This document shows positions 26,195-40,100 of a stretch of DNA of 64,000 bases, in pieces; positions within the stretch are counted from its first letter, which is position 1, and every line of letters starts with the position of its first letter. A model generated the notes under the pieces. It saw nothing but the letters and a program-made list of their open reading frames with translations. It was not told the DNA's origin and did not search any database. The stretch spans positions 6,752,001-6,816,000 of the forward strand of contig CM000151.3 in the NCBI GenBank assembly GCA_000004695.1, read 5' to 3'. The stretch is from Dictyostelium discoideum (Eukaryota). A program made the translations under genes and the position numbers.

Positions 26195-26378
26195 CGAGAC
26201 CAAATTTGTAACCGTGTTCAAAACTATTCTACGTGGTCTTAAGCCTACTTTTTTTTTTTTTTTTTTTTTAATTTCTCTATCCCAAAAATATCAATCTAAT
26301 TTTTTTTTCAGCATTCGATTTGTTTTTATAAAAAGTGGGAGAATAAAAAAAAAAAATAAAAATAAAAACTAAAAATAA

Positions 26379-26412
<34 letters not shown>

Positions 26413-26443
26413 AAAAGAAATTAATTTAAAAATAAAAAAAAAT

Positions 26444-26479
<36 letters not shown>

Positions 26480-26626
26480 AAATTTTTAGAAAAGTTTCCA
26501 AACCAACCCAAATTATAAGAGATTGAACAAATATAATAAAAAAAAAAAACAAATAAAAAAAAAAAAGATTATAAACTTTTTTTTTTTTTATTTTTTTTTT
26601 TTTTATAATTTAAAATATTTGGATGA
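25983..26626. promoter_or_regulatory. Divergent intergenic region between the RCC1-kinase-HECT gene (minus) and ercc8 (plus), dominated by A/T homopolymers: putative bidirectional promoter
   Basis: Position only. No specific motif was identified. Confidence 0.3.
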
Positions 26627-28280
26627 ATGAATAAATTTCTACTGAAAAGAGAACTTGGTATATGTAATGAAAGAAGAGAAATAATTGATGAAATTAAAAG
26701 AAGTATAAGACATCTCGATTTATCAGTATATAAACAAATTATAAACTATAATAAAGGTCCTATCAATCATTTAGATATTGATGTTGCTGAAAATAGATAG
26801 TAATGTATAATAATATATTTAATATTAAAATTTTAAATTTATTTTAAAAATAAAATTTTTCTAACTATTTTCTTTTTTTTTTTTTTTTCTCTCTGTCATA
26901 TATATATATAGTTTATTATCTGTTAGTGGTGATGGAATAATACAAATTTATGATTTATTTGAAAATTTATTAAATAATAAAAAAAATAATGAAATTAAAA
27001 CAGAATTTCAACCAATATTAAAAATAAATAGAAAAAGTAATAATAATAATAATAATAATAATAGTAATAGTGAAGGTATTTTATTAAAAGGTATATCAAG
27101 TGTTCAATGGTACCCAATTGATACAGGAATATTTTTTATTGGTGGTGTTAATGGTAATGTTGAAGTATGGGATACTAATCTTGGACAAGTTTCACAAACA
27201 TTTTATCTTGAGAATTGTGTAAATTCAATATCCTACTCTCAAGTTAATTGTACCAATTTATTAATTGCCGCTGCAACAACTGATCCAAAAGTTAGACTAT
27301 GTGATATGCGTACAAACTCTTCCGTTCATTGTTTAACAGGTCATCGTGAAAGTGTACTCTCAATTAAGTGGTCACCTTTCTCTCCAAATTTAATTGCAAC
27401 CGCTTCAAAAGATAAAACAATTAGATTATGGGATATACGTAGAGGTGATACATTTCTATTTGCTTTAGATCAATATAATGGTAGTGGTATTGGTATTGGT
27501 GTTGGTGGTGGTAGTGGTGGTGAAAGTAATGATGATGTTGGTAATGATATTGGTGGTGGTAATAAGAATGATTTAAAGCAATCAAAAAGGTATAGACAAA
27601 AATTACATAAACCTAAATCACTTCAAACCAGTAGTAGTTCAATTATTGAGAAAAGAAATATTGGTGGTGGTGGTGGTGGTATTGGTGGATCAGCTAATTT
27701 AACATTGAAAAAAGAGGTACCAACTGCTCATAATGGTACAATCACATCAATTGCTTGGACACCCGATGGTAATTATTTAGTTAGTACAGGAGCTGATAGT
27801 AAAATTAGATTATGGGATATTCAAAAAGGTGGTGCAAATACAATGATCAATTATCCAAATGCTCACAATGTTCACAAAATACCAAATCAAATTTGTTTAT
27901 CTACCAATGGTCAATATCTATTTCATCCAAATGGTAGAGCGATTCATGTTTATGAAACTGCAACAGGTAATTTAGTACGTCAATTAAAAGGTCATTTTGA
28001 AAAAGTCAATTGTTGTGTTTTTAATCATTGTGATCAAGCTTTAATCTCTGGTTCAAATGATAGATTAACTTTGTATTGGGATAATTCAAATGATGATCAA
28101 ATTGATGATCAACAATTTTTAAATGAAGAAAAACAAAATAATCAAAATAATGATGATGATAATAATAATTTTCAAGTTACTACTAATACAACAACTAAAA
28201 CTTCAACAACAACAACAACATCAACAACAATATCTCCTCCGACAACTTTAGAAGATGTTGATAATTGGAGTGATGATTAG
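26627..28280 (+). CDS. ercc8: Cockayne-syndrome WD-repeat protein CSA / ERCC8 orthologue, 2 exons
   Basis: Exon 1 is 26627..26799 (MNKFLLKRELGICNERREIIDEIKRSIRHLDLSVYKQIINYNKGPINHLDIDVAENR-) with a GTAATG donor. The intron ends …CTCTCTGTCATATATATATATAG. Exon 2 is 26912..28280 and includes track ORF 27306..28280. The product is collinear with human ERCC8. GPINHLDIDVAENRYLLSVSGDGIIQIYDLFEN matches [61 protein letters not shown] matches [84 protein letters not shown] matches [55 protein letters not shown]. Confidence 0.8.
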
Positions 28281-28464
28281 TGAAAAAAAAAAAATTAAAA
28301 AATTAAAAAATTAAATTTATAAAAAAAAAAAAAAAAAGCGGTGTCGAATAATTCAATTTCATTTTTTGAATAAAAAAAAATATCACGACTAAAACAAAAA
28401 AAAAAAATAAATAAAAATAAAAATTAAAATTAAAATTTCGACTTCCATCCATTTTTTTATTTTT

Positions 28465-28502
<38 letters not shown>

Positions 28503-28753
28503 CAATTTTCAAAAAAAAAGTAAACTGAAAATTCCAAATGTTTCAAAAAAATAAAAAAAATAAAAAAAAAATATTTTTTGAAAAAAAAAAAAAAAATTAA
28601 AACAAAAAAGAAAAAGAAAAGGAAAATAAAAAAAAAATTAAAACAAAAATCGATTCTAATTGTTCTATTTTTTTCTTTTCTTTTTTTTCTTTTTTTTTTT
28701 TTTTTTTTTTTCATTAAATGGTATTGTAATAGTACCAAGTTATATTATTACAA

Positions 28754-28786
<33 letters not shown>

Positions 28787-28882
28787 CAAAACAAAAAAAA
28801 AAAAATTAAATAAATTATATACAAAAAAAAATAAAGAAAAAAAAAAAAAAAAGTATTTTCATTTTAATATATAAAAATTAAA

Positions 28883-28954
28883 ATGTCAAATAATAATTAT
28901 AATAAAATACAAAGCCAATCATCAGGCAAGCGGAGATTTTTACAAGAAATACGT

Positions 28955-29001
<47 letters not shown>

Positions 29002-32000
29002 AATTTTGGAATTTACTAATAGTCATAAATTTTAATTAATTTTTATTATTATTTATAGCCAAAGGTGAAGAAGATGAATTATATAGTGAGCATTTTATTG
29101 AGATAGATAAATTAATAAAACAAGAGCAAGAAAAAGAAGAAAATGGTGGATTTTCATTACCAAAATGGCCAGCTAGTAGTACTATAAACAACAATAGTAC
29201 TCAAAATTTATTTAGTAATTTTATGAGTGATAGTAGTAGTAGCATAAATAGTGATATTAATAGTAATTATACAAGAGATAATAATGGAATGTTTATAGTT
29301 AGAACAGATTTAAATACAGATATACCTTCATCACATAAATCAACCATCTATAGTAAACAACAACAATCACCAAGACATCAAGATATAAATAGTAATCATT
29401 ATTCAATGACTTATGATAGTAGTTTACTTAGTGTTAGTGGTAGTAATGCAAGTAGTAATTGTAATACATCAGCTTCATCATCAGTAAATAGTTGTAATAA
29501 TTCAATTGGTAATTTAAGTAAAGTTTTTAATTTAAATTCTTCAACAAAGAGTTTAAATAACAACAACAACAATAATAATAATAATAATAATAATATGGAG
29601 ACAATTTCAGGTTTTAATAATATAATGAAAATTGATAATCTTATAAATCATGATACAAATAATAATAATAATAATAATAATATGATAACATCACCATCAC
29701 TAACTACAAATACAACAACTACTACAACAATGACATCAAATAATAGTACACCAATTAGATCACCATCACCACCAAAAACTCCACAACATCAATCAGTATT
29801 AATATCACCAATGACACCATATGATGTTTATAATTCTTATAAATTTGATAAATTGAAAACAACGCCAACATCACCAACATCACCAACTAAATCAACAAGA
29901 TTTAAGGAACCTCTATTACCAAGATCAAATAATAATTTTAATAATAACAACAACAAGAATAGTACAATGAGTTTATCAGGAATGATGAGTGGAACATTCT
30001 CAACATCACATTTATCAAGTTGGGTTTGGGTTAAAAATAAACATAGTATTGTTATCATTGGTCCAACTGGTATTGGTAAATCATTTTTATTAAATACTTT
30101 ATTACATTCAACTTTTACACCTTCTTTAAATTCAATTAGACCAATATTAGGTAATCATAGATTATCTTTAAAACCACAACATGATACAACTTCAACTTCA
30201 ACAACTTCAACAACAAATACAATTTCAACCGATCATATTATGTCAAATAATGAATACTTTTTATTAGATAAATTAAAAACTAAATTAATGAATATAAGTA
30301 AGAGTCAAATTGATCAAAAGATGATATTGGATCAATCATTTTATCAATCAATAAATTGGGATAAAGAAAGGGATAATGAATTTGAACGTGTTTATACTAC
30401 CAGTCAATATTTAACTAAAAAGATACCTCAAGTTAATGATAGTCATGCTTTTATATTACCACAAGGTAGATTGGGTCCAAATCAACAATTTAAATTCACC
30501 TATGGTGCTATCTGTGAATTAAATGTTGAATTCCTACAAGAGAGTGAAGTTCGTGTCATACTTTGGGAATTACATCAATATTCAGAGGATAAAACCATAC
30601 CAATGAATCCAAATAGATTACAATCATTGCAATGGGTTTACTCATCGGTTGTTGATGGTGCAACTTTTGATTATTCAAATCAAAGTAGTTCAAGTAGTAC
30701 GAGTAGTATCAATAGTGGTACCAGTGGTAGCAATAGAATGGTTAGAGTGGTGGAAGATATTAACTCCTATTGGGATATACCCATTAAAGAGAAATTTAAA
30801 AAGTTATTTGGTAAAAGAATTCAATTTAAAGGCTTGGGTAAAGATCACAATATCGATAGAATTTATGTTCGTGAAAAGGTTAAAGAGGTTTTATCAGTTT
30901 ATGGTTGTATTTTAAATTTATTACATATCAAATTACCTTCAAGTGTCCTATTCAATAAACGTGAAATCACAATGATATCCGATGATTCTAAAAGAGGTAA
31001 CATTTCAAAGTTTACAATCACTCGTATTTTGGATGATGCTGATCAAATTTTATTATCAATTGATTATCGTGGTTTATCTGCTGATCTTGCTGATTTATTA
31101 TTAGCTTCAAAATTCACTCAAAAGTTTTCTGCTGATGATGGTTCTATTCAATTCCTTGAATTAGGTGAACATCGTCAATTTCAATTACAACAACAACTAC
31201 AACAAAAACTTCAACAACAACAAGTTTCATCACCACAACCACAACCACAACAACAACAACAACAGCAACAAGTTCAACAATGTCAAAGTCAACAATCACC
31301 ACAACAATGCCAAAGCCAACAATCACCACAACAATGCCAAAGTCAACAATCACCACAACAATGCCAAAGTCAGCAATCACCTCTACAACAACAACAACAA
31401 CAACAACAATCACCACAACAATTACAATCACCACAACAACTTCCAGATATTCATTCATTCGTTATTAATCAACTTAGAAAATTATTTAAAGATGCAAGAA
31501 ATATTTCAAATATTCATAGAATATTAGATTCTTTTAAAATTATTAAAATTAAAGTAAGTTAAAATATTTTTCAAAAAAATATATATGCATTATAAATTAA
31601 TATTAACTTAATTTTTTTATTATTATTATTATTTTATATAAAGCCTTTATTATTTTCATCAATTCATTTAAATAAATCAGTACCACCAGAGTATAAATTA
31701 AAAGGATATTCAAGTATTAGACAATTGAAAGAGATATCAAATGTACCAGTTTTAATAAGATTAATGCATGTTTCAAATAATTCAACATGGACAACTCAAC
31801 ATAATTTATTGGATAAATTTAAACAAGGTATTGCAAAGAAACCTTCAATTTTAAATCATTTAGTTGAACAACAACAACAACAATACCAACAACAAGATGC
31901 ATTAAATTCAACTGGATCAAAACCAATTCCAACTGATAAAGAATTAAATGATTTACAAGAACAATTAACAAATTCATTTAAAGATACTTTAAACGTTAAT

Positions 32001-32009
32001 AATAATCAA

Positions 32010-32099
<90 letters not shown>

Positions 32100-34529
32100 T
32101 ATAATAATAATAATTATAATAATAATAATTATAATAATTATAATTATAATAATAATAATGTTATTACTAAAAACAATAATAATGTTATTAATAATAATAA
32201 TAACTATAATAATAATATAAATAATAATAATTGGAGAAATAATTACAATCGTGGTGTTATTAATCCACCAAGTGGTATAGATAGAATAACGACATCATTT
32301 AGAACTAGATTTGCAGGATGGAAAAGAAAGTTGTTAGCCAATGTTAGTTCAGAGGCATCAGAATCACTTTTCCAAAATAAATCTAATGAATGTGAACAAA
32401 TGGCAAGAATGGAATGGATTAAATTTAAAATGGTATCACCTGATGCAGTGGTGAATATTAATGATTTTTGTAATCTTGTCTATAGTACATTTGGTGGTAC
32501 AAATGCAAAACCAGATACCCTAAGCAATGTCAATGGTAATAATCCAGTGATTCTATTATGTAAAACTTTATTACAATGGACACCAAACTTTTGGAGGGAA
32601 AATATAGTTGAAAGATTACCAACACTTCAAGAAGAGATCAGTAGCTTTTCAAAGACTTTACTCTTTGAAACCAATAAATTACTTTTAAACAGAATCACCC
32701 TACCAAATGATGAAAAGAATTATTTAATGAAAGTGTTGCATTATTGTCAAGCTGCCACCGATCGTAATATTAGTTCAAAGATTAGTGGTGTTCAAACTTT
32801 ATTCAATCAAAATATGAATTTAATCATTTATAATACTTGTTTGGATACTTTTTGTTCAGAGGTTACAAATATTAAATTTCAACAATCATCAGTAAACTAT
32901 CATCTCATAATGGAAAGCTGTTTCTCTATCATTCCATACGCTGTCTCTACTAAAATTCAACAAAAACTAATTGAAATTTTACGTCAAGGTTTATCTTATC
33001 TAGATTCAATTGAAAAACATATTGAATATACTATTCAGTATTTATTAAATTCACCTTTCCGTATAAAACGTCAACAACAATTAAAACCATCAATTGATGT
33101 TTCCGATTCAGTTATTGAAAATTATGTTAATTTAGTTAATCCAATAACAAAACAATCACCATTAAAATCTCAATCACAACAAACTACTACAACTACAACT
33201 ACTACAACAACTACTACAACTACTACTACAACTTCTTCACCATCTAATTCACCAAAATTGTCAACTGATGAAATGGATATTGAAACTCCAAATAAAAAAA
33301 TTAAATCTGATAACTCTGTAAATAATATTAATAATACAACCGAAACAACTCCAACTGAAACTTCTCCAAATAATAGTAGTAATGTAATACCAACTCCAAT
33401 GATTATTAATAATCAAACCACCACAACAACAACAACAACATCATCAACAATATCAAATAATAATAACACTAACAATAATAATAATAATAATAAACCAATG
33501 TTTGATAATGGATCATGTAATTATATACCAAAACAAATTTTACCACCACAAACTGCAGACTCATTAATTCAAATTTGTGTTGGTAAAATTGTACAAAACA
33601 TTCATTCTTTAACATCAGTAAAAGGTACAACAATACCAGAGGAAATCTTACAAAAGATTATTACATTATTAATTAGTCAAGATAAAATTAAGGGTGGTAG
33701 TAATGATCCAATAACCAATCAATTGGATGATAGTTTATTAGCAAGATTATTAAGTCCATTCATGCAATCATTAGATTTAGAGGGTGCAAAATTCTTATCG
33801 ACAATATCATTGAAAACCATTGGTTCAACTTGTTCACAATTAAAGAAACTTTCATTGGCAAATTGTATCAATATACCAAGTGATGCTTTAAATTCAATTA
33901 GTATGAGTTGTAAGAATTTAGAGGTTATCATTTTGAAAGGTTGTTATCAATTATCAAATCCTGGTATAGTTTCTTTGGCAAGAGGTTGTCCAAACCTTTA
34001 TGTTGTGGATCTTTCTGGTTGTATGAAAATCACTGATTTTGCAATTCATGAATTACTACAAAATTGTAAACAACTTCATACATTGGATTTAAGAAAATGT
34101 GTAAATCTAACTGATGGTGCCTTTCAATCATTTAATATCACAACATTGGCCAATATCGATTTATTAGAGTGTAACTATATATCCGATCAAACTATATTCA
34201 ATATTTGTTCAACTAGTCGTAATCTATTATCAATAAAACTCTCTGGAAAAGGTATTACCGATCAATCCTTAAAGAAAATCTCTGAAAATTGTCAATCACT
34301 TACAAATTTAGATTTAGTACTTTGTGAAAATATAACTGATCAAGGTGTTCAACTTTTAGGAAAAAATTGTTTAAAATTATCTTCAATCAATTTATTTTCT
34401 TCAAAAAATTTAACTTCTTCAGTATTTGATGAAACAATTAATAATAATAATAATAATAATAATAATGTAAATAATAATAATAATAATAACAATATTGTAA
34501 ATAATAATAATAATAATAATAATAATTTA

Positions 34530-34560
<31 letters not shown>

Positions 34561-35557
34561 TGATAATTAATATATTTAATCAACAAAGTTGGTCATCATT
34601 AACTTCATTAAATTTAAATCGTTGTATTACAATTAATGATACATCAATTCTTACAATTACAAATCAATCACCATTATTGGAAACACTTATTTTAGCAATG
34701 TGTACTGATATTTCCGATGAAAGTGTAATTACAATTGCTCAACGTTTAAAGAATTTAAAGAATATTGATTTAACAAAGTGTACTCAAATTAGTGATCGTG
34801 GTGTAATTGAAATTGCAAAACAATGTAAACAAAATTTAAATCGTTTAATTTTGGTTAGTTGTACTCAAGTAACTGATGCATCGATTATTGAGGTTGCAAA
34901 TCAATGTTCCTCATTGATTCATTTGGATTTATCTCAATGCGAAAAGATTACCGATCAATCTTTATTAAAAGTTTCACAAGGACTACGTCAACTTCGTATT
35001 CTTTGTATGGAAGAATGTATCATTACAGATGTTGGTGTCTCTTCTTTGGGTGAAATCTCTGAAGGTTATGGCTGTCAGTATTTAGAGGTCATCAAATTTG
35101 GTTATTGTCGTTTCATCTCTGATTCCTCATTGATCAAGTTGGCATTTGGTTGTCCATTCGTTTCAAATTTAGATTTATCTCAATGTAGTAATTTAATTAC
35201 ACCACGTGCCATTAGAAGTGCAATTAAAGCTTGGCCACGTCTTCACACTTTACGTTTACGTGGTTACCAAAGTTTAACCAATGAATCCATCGTTGAATCC
35301 ACCCCATTGAAATTGAAAACTGTAAATCTTAGTTGGTGTGCCAATATGGAAGATAGTGCTTTGATTGGTTTTCTCAAACAATGCACCGCTATTGAAACTT
35401 TAGATATCTCAAAATGTCCAAAAATTACCGATAATTCTTTGGAATCAATTTTAGATTCTTGTCCTTCAATACGTGTTATCAATGTTTATGGTTGTAAAGA
35501 AATTTCAAGTTTTACTGTTCAAAAATTATCTTCTTTAGGTAAAGCAATTTATAGATA

Positions 35558-35558
<1 letters not shown>
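28883..35558 (+). CDS. Large ~2150-aa protein: low-complexity N-terminus, Walker-A (P-loop) NTPase-like region, polyQ, F-box-like motif, ~700-aa cysteine-containing leucine-rich repeat (FBXL-type) domain. 3 exons, merging track ORFs 29223..31562 and 31725..35558
   Basis: Exon 1 is 28883..28952 (MSNNNYNKIQSQSSGKRRFLQEI-, donor GTAGGT). Exon 2 is 29061..31553, ending …FKIIKIK with a perfect GTAAGT donor. Intron 2 is 90 nt (GTAAGTTAAAAT…TTTTATATAAAG). Exon 3 is 31644..35558 in phase 0, reading PLLFSSIHLNKSVPPEYKLKGYSSIRQLKEISNVPV…. The 'M' of track ORF 31725 is a TTG inside this open frame. P-loop …KHSIVIIGPTGIGKSFLLNTLLHS. F-box-like TIPEEILQKIITLLISQDKI. More than 20 LRRs of the type L..LDLS.C..ITD..L…. 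Confidence 0.6.
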
Positions 35559-35596
<38 letters not shown>

Positions 35597-35823
35597 AAAT
35601 CGATCGACCAAAGATTTAACTAAAAAAAAAAAAAAAAAATTAAATAAAATTTATTTATTTTCAAAAATAAAAATAATTAAATAGTTTATTTTTTAATATT
35701 CAATTTAAAAAAAGTAGTAAATTATATAATAAATAGATTTGTTTTTAATAAATAAATAAATATTTTACAAATTATAATAGCAATATAAATAATATGTTTT
35801 TTTTTTACTATTATAAAATTATG

Positions 35824-36164
35824 ATTTTCCTCTATGACCACCCAAACCCATTCTACTTGTTCTTTTATTTTCATTATCGCTATCTGTATTATTATTATTA
35901 TTATTTTGATTATTATTATTATTTTGATTATTTTGATTATTATTATTATTATTCAAACCAATATTATTTAAACTTCCTTTACCAATTGTTTCAATTAAAG
36001 TTGATTCAGCAATTGTAGTTGTAATTGGAACTAAATTTGATGATGATGATGAGTGTGAATTTAGTAAGTGGGTTGAGGTTAAAATTGATGGTGATGATGG
36101 TGGTGAATTATTAAATTGTATAGTAGGTGTTGAATTTGAAGAAGAAAATTGTGGAGAATTACTA

Positions 36165-36225
<61 letters not shown>

Positions 36226-36678
36226 ATAGTTGTGAAATCTGTTGTTGAGCTACAGAAGTAGGTACAAATGATAAACGTGAATAACTACTTGAAATGGATT
36301 TGCTTTCATTTTCAATTGGAGGTGTTGTTATATTTAAAGAAATCCCTGTTAAACTTAATAATGATAAAAATTGATCTTTTTTTTTTTTTTAATAATTAGT
36401 ATCCAGTCAAAAAAAAAAAAAAATTAAAAAAAATAGAGAGAGAGTAAAGTGCCACAATACTTTACAAAATGTAATTGTTGAATTATTAAAAATTAAAAAC
36501 TTTTCAAATTCTATATTAAAACTATTTAATCCTGTTTTATTGCTTTTATATTGATCAAAATCTTCTTTACATATATATCCCTTTGATTCTAAATCAATTA
36601 AATTAAATATATTTTCAAATATTTTTATCTCTTTTTCATCAAACCTATTACTCTAATTTTTTAATAATTTTAGTTAGT

Positions 36679-36738
<60 letters not shown>

Positions 36739-36781
36739 TTAAAAAAATTTCTGATTCTTTTGATGAAAGTTGGTTGACCAT
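35824..36781 (-). CDS. Putative unannotated small gene (~260 aa, 3 exons) with an EF-hand-like loop and an S/N/T-rich C-terminal half
   Basis: Exon 1 is 36737..36781 (ATG; MVNQLSSKESEIFLI, donor GTAAAAA… into a poly-A intron). Exon 2 is about 36465..36652 (SNRFDEKEIKIFENIFNLIDLESKGYICKEDFDQYKSNKTGLNSFNIEFEKFLIFNNSTITF, donor GTAAAG). Exon 3 is 35824..~36347, open for about 175 codons to a TAA at 35824-35826 (…ISLNITTPPIENESKS…SRMGLGGHRGKS*). The track did not report it because the last exon has no in-frame start codon. Exon junctions are good to ±2 nt only. Confidence 0.35.
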
Positions 36782-37173
36782 TTTTTCTATAATTATATTT
36801 TAAAAATAAAAAAACAAAACAGAAGTTATATTTTTAAAATAAAAAGTAGTGAAAAAAAGTATAAAAATAAAAAAAAAATTGAAAAAAAAAACTGAAAAAG
36901 ATATTTTTTTTTAAAAAAAAAACAATAACTAAATTTTCAAATAATTTTTTTTAAAAAGAAACCCAACAACGTAATTTATTAGATGATCTGAAAAAGATAT
37001 TTTTTTTTTTTTTTTTGAAAATGTTAGAAAATGAATTTTTTTTCATTTTTTTTTTTTTTCATTTTTTATTTTTTATTTTTTTTTTTTACGCAACCAAGCA
37101 CGAACAATAGAAAAAATAATCATACATATATTTTAATAAAAAATAAATATAATAAAAATAATAAATAATTATA

Positions 37174-40100
37174 ATGAATGATGAATATAATGAAAAATTA
37201 TTTTGGAAAGTTTTTAAAAATAAATATTTATTAAATTATATATTAAAAAATAAATGTTGTCATAAAAGTAAAAAATTTAAAACTATTATATCAATAAATT
37301 CAATGTTAAATCATAAACAATATCAACTATTGATATGCAAATTGAAAGCAAATGAAAATTTATACTATGGTATTGATTTTGAAAGTCGGTTTCCCAAAAT
37401 TTTGGAGAATATTGGGGAAATAGATGATTTTGAAGCATTCAAAGAGATACATTCATTGTTATTTTTAAAAGGATATGAACATCATGGTAATAATTATTCT
37501 TGGTATATGAAATTATTAACAAGGTTCGATTTAGGTCCAAAATTTGAAATTTATTTAGATTTACACTTGAAATATTATCAACAGGAATTAAAACAGTATA
37601 TATTAAATAATATGGATGAAGTATTTTATTATTTTGATTCAAAATGTATTAATAAAATTTTAAATTGTTTTCAACAACAATCCATCAGTAATAAACCATT
37701 TACTCTTTCTTCATTTGAAAGAAATCATTTACTTATTAAATTTTTAAATAGAAGTAATCCAAAAGAATTAATGAAAAAGCTTAAAATAATATCTAAAATT
37801 CCAATTTCACCAACTTCACAATTGAAACGTATTGATGAAAATTTAAGATTGAGTTTTGGCTTGTATTTAGAATATTTAAAACAACTAAAACAATTTGGAT
37901 TACAAAATATTCCAACGTTTCTCCTCTGTCAAAAACTGTCGGGTGGAGAATTTAATTCTGAAATTAAAAGATACATAATGAACGATAAAGGAAATTTAGA
38001 GTATTCTTCTTTATCCGTTTATTCAATTTTATTATATTTTAAAATGTATTATAACAGCTATGATTATCGTAGTATACCAAGATCCATTCAAACTCAAATT
38101 GATATAATAATTGAAAATAGTAAACACAGACGTTGTACACCATATCAATCAACTAAACAACTATTTCAACTATTGGCCAGTGAAACCAAATCAATTGCTC
38201 TATATACATTGTATTTAAAAGAGTATGATGAACCAATCGAAACCATTGAAATTAATGAAAAAATTTTACTATATATCATGATAAAAACCTATAGCATCAA
38301 TATATTGAAATTTCTATTGAAAAATCATATAGAAATTGAATCTGAAAAAAATAAATTAATTGATGATTTTGATTTATATGATCTAGGAAAAATATTTAAA
38401 AATAGTAAATTTGATAAAAGAAATATTATTAAATTTTTCAAAGTCTTCTCATCACAAAAATCAATTATTATTAAAAATTTTGATCAAGACAAAGAATTGT
38501 ATCCAATTTCATTTAATCAATTATGTATGTCTAAATGGAAAGAAATTATATCAAATCTAATCGATAAAGATATGATTGTTACAATTAAAGATAAAGAAAC
38601 AATCGATTGGTTATCCGATACAAAAATAGGTGGTTGTAGTTATATAACAATAAGAGATGCTTTAAATTCAAAATTAAAACAATTAAAACTTCAATTTGAC
38701 ACATTGGAACTATTAGATTATGCAAGATTAAAATTAAATCAAATTATTCAAAATTTTGATTCAAATCAAGAAATATGCAATATTCACATTTTACGTACTC
38801 ATGATGATATTGTATCATTAATCAATCGTTTAAACGAATCAAACTTTAAAAATAATGAAGATTTATTTAAATATTATATGGTCCAAATTATTCAATTTGG
38901 TTCAAGAAATTCAATCAAATACCAAAGGTTATTTTGTGATAATTTTGATGAGCTACGTTATAGTGGTACCAAAAGTTTGGATGAATATATTAATACTATC
39001 AAATTTGTTGGCGAAAGGTTTATTGAATCAAGCAATTGTTGTGAAAGTAAACCAGAATATCGTAAAAATGAAAAGCCCCGTAATTACAAAATACCAACTC
39101 AACAAACATGTCAAATAATCAATCTTTCTAAAATTAAAGTCAATGTCAGTCACTTTCCAAATGCAACATCTTATTTATTACAAAAATTTATCCAGCTTTT
39201 GGACATTGACGGTGTTCAATTTATTCTTGATAATTTAAATGGTAATGGAGTAGGAATAGATGAATATTCATTTATTGATACATCTGGTCTCAAGAAATAT
39301 ATCTGTGGATATTTATATAAAGACTTAATGGTTTTTATTCAATTTATAATTGATAAATTCAACCAACACCAATATAATATATCATTATCAAATTTATCAT
39401 TTTCTTTAAATTTCTTATTTTCAAACTTATTAAGAATTAAAAATTTAACTATTGATCAAATCAAATCAGCATATCAATTAATATCCAACTATGTTGAAAT
39501 TAATTGTTCTGATATCCATTCACATTATTATTTAAATACATTATCACCATTGATTGGATCACTTTCTGTTCGTTCTTTCTCAATAGAAAGATTCTGTACA
39601 TATGAAACAGATGCAAAGGTATATACATTTGGATACATTTTTAAAAATAGAGATAATAATGATTTACATCAATTTATCGATTCAACAATCATGGATATTT
39701 TAAAAAAAAAACCATTTAAAAGATTAATATCATTTCATAGTCTACTTGTACATATGTTAGATAATAATAATCCAAGAATTAATTTATTTTTATATTATTT
39801 CAAAATGCAATTAGAGTTTATAAAGACAAATGAAATCAAAGAACCATTTTTACATTATAAACTATTTAAGTTAATAATTAAAACATTTGATTTAGAATCA
39901 TTTATTAAATTAGATAATTTATTACAACAATATAATTTCTATTTTAAAAAAGATGAAGATAGTGATGAAGAAGAATGTGAATATAAAAATTCTAAAAAAA
40001 AACCCAAAACATCAACATCGAATATGGTTGAATGGTTTGGTGTAAATATTTACAAAGATTATTCAGATTATCCAGATATTATTAATTACTTATATAGTAA

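Noticed and set aside
26326-28781. Homopolymer-derived ORFs (26326..26511, 28303..28512, 28457..28738, 28578..28781), and similar ones at 46830..47129, 47987..48175, 52008..52223, 52144..52353, 52579..52920 and 53561..53752
   Set aside because: They are translations of poly-A/poly-T and AT microsatellites (polyK/F/L/I). They have no complexity and no start or stop context. They lie in intergenic deserts.
29223-35558. Treating ORF 29223..31562 and ORF 31725..35558 as two separate genes
   Set aside because: The first ends exactly at a GTAAGT donor. The second has no ATG (its 'M' is TTG) and is open upstream to a YAG acceptor in matching phase.
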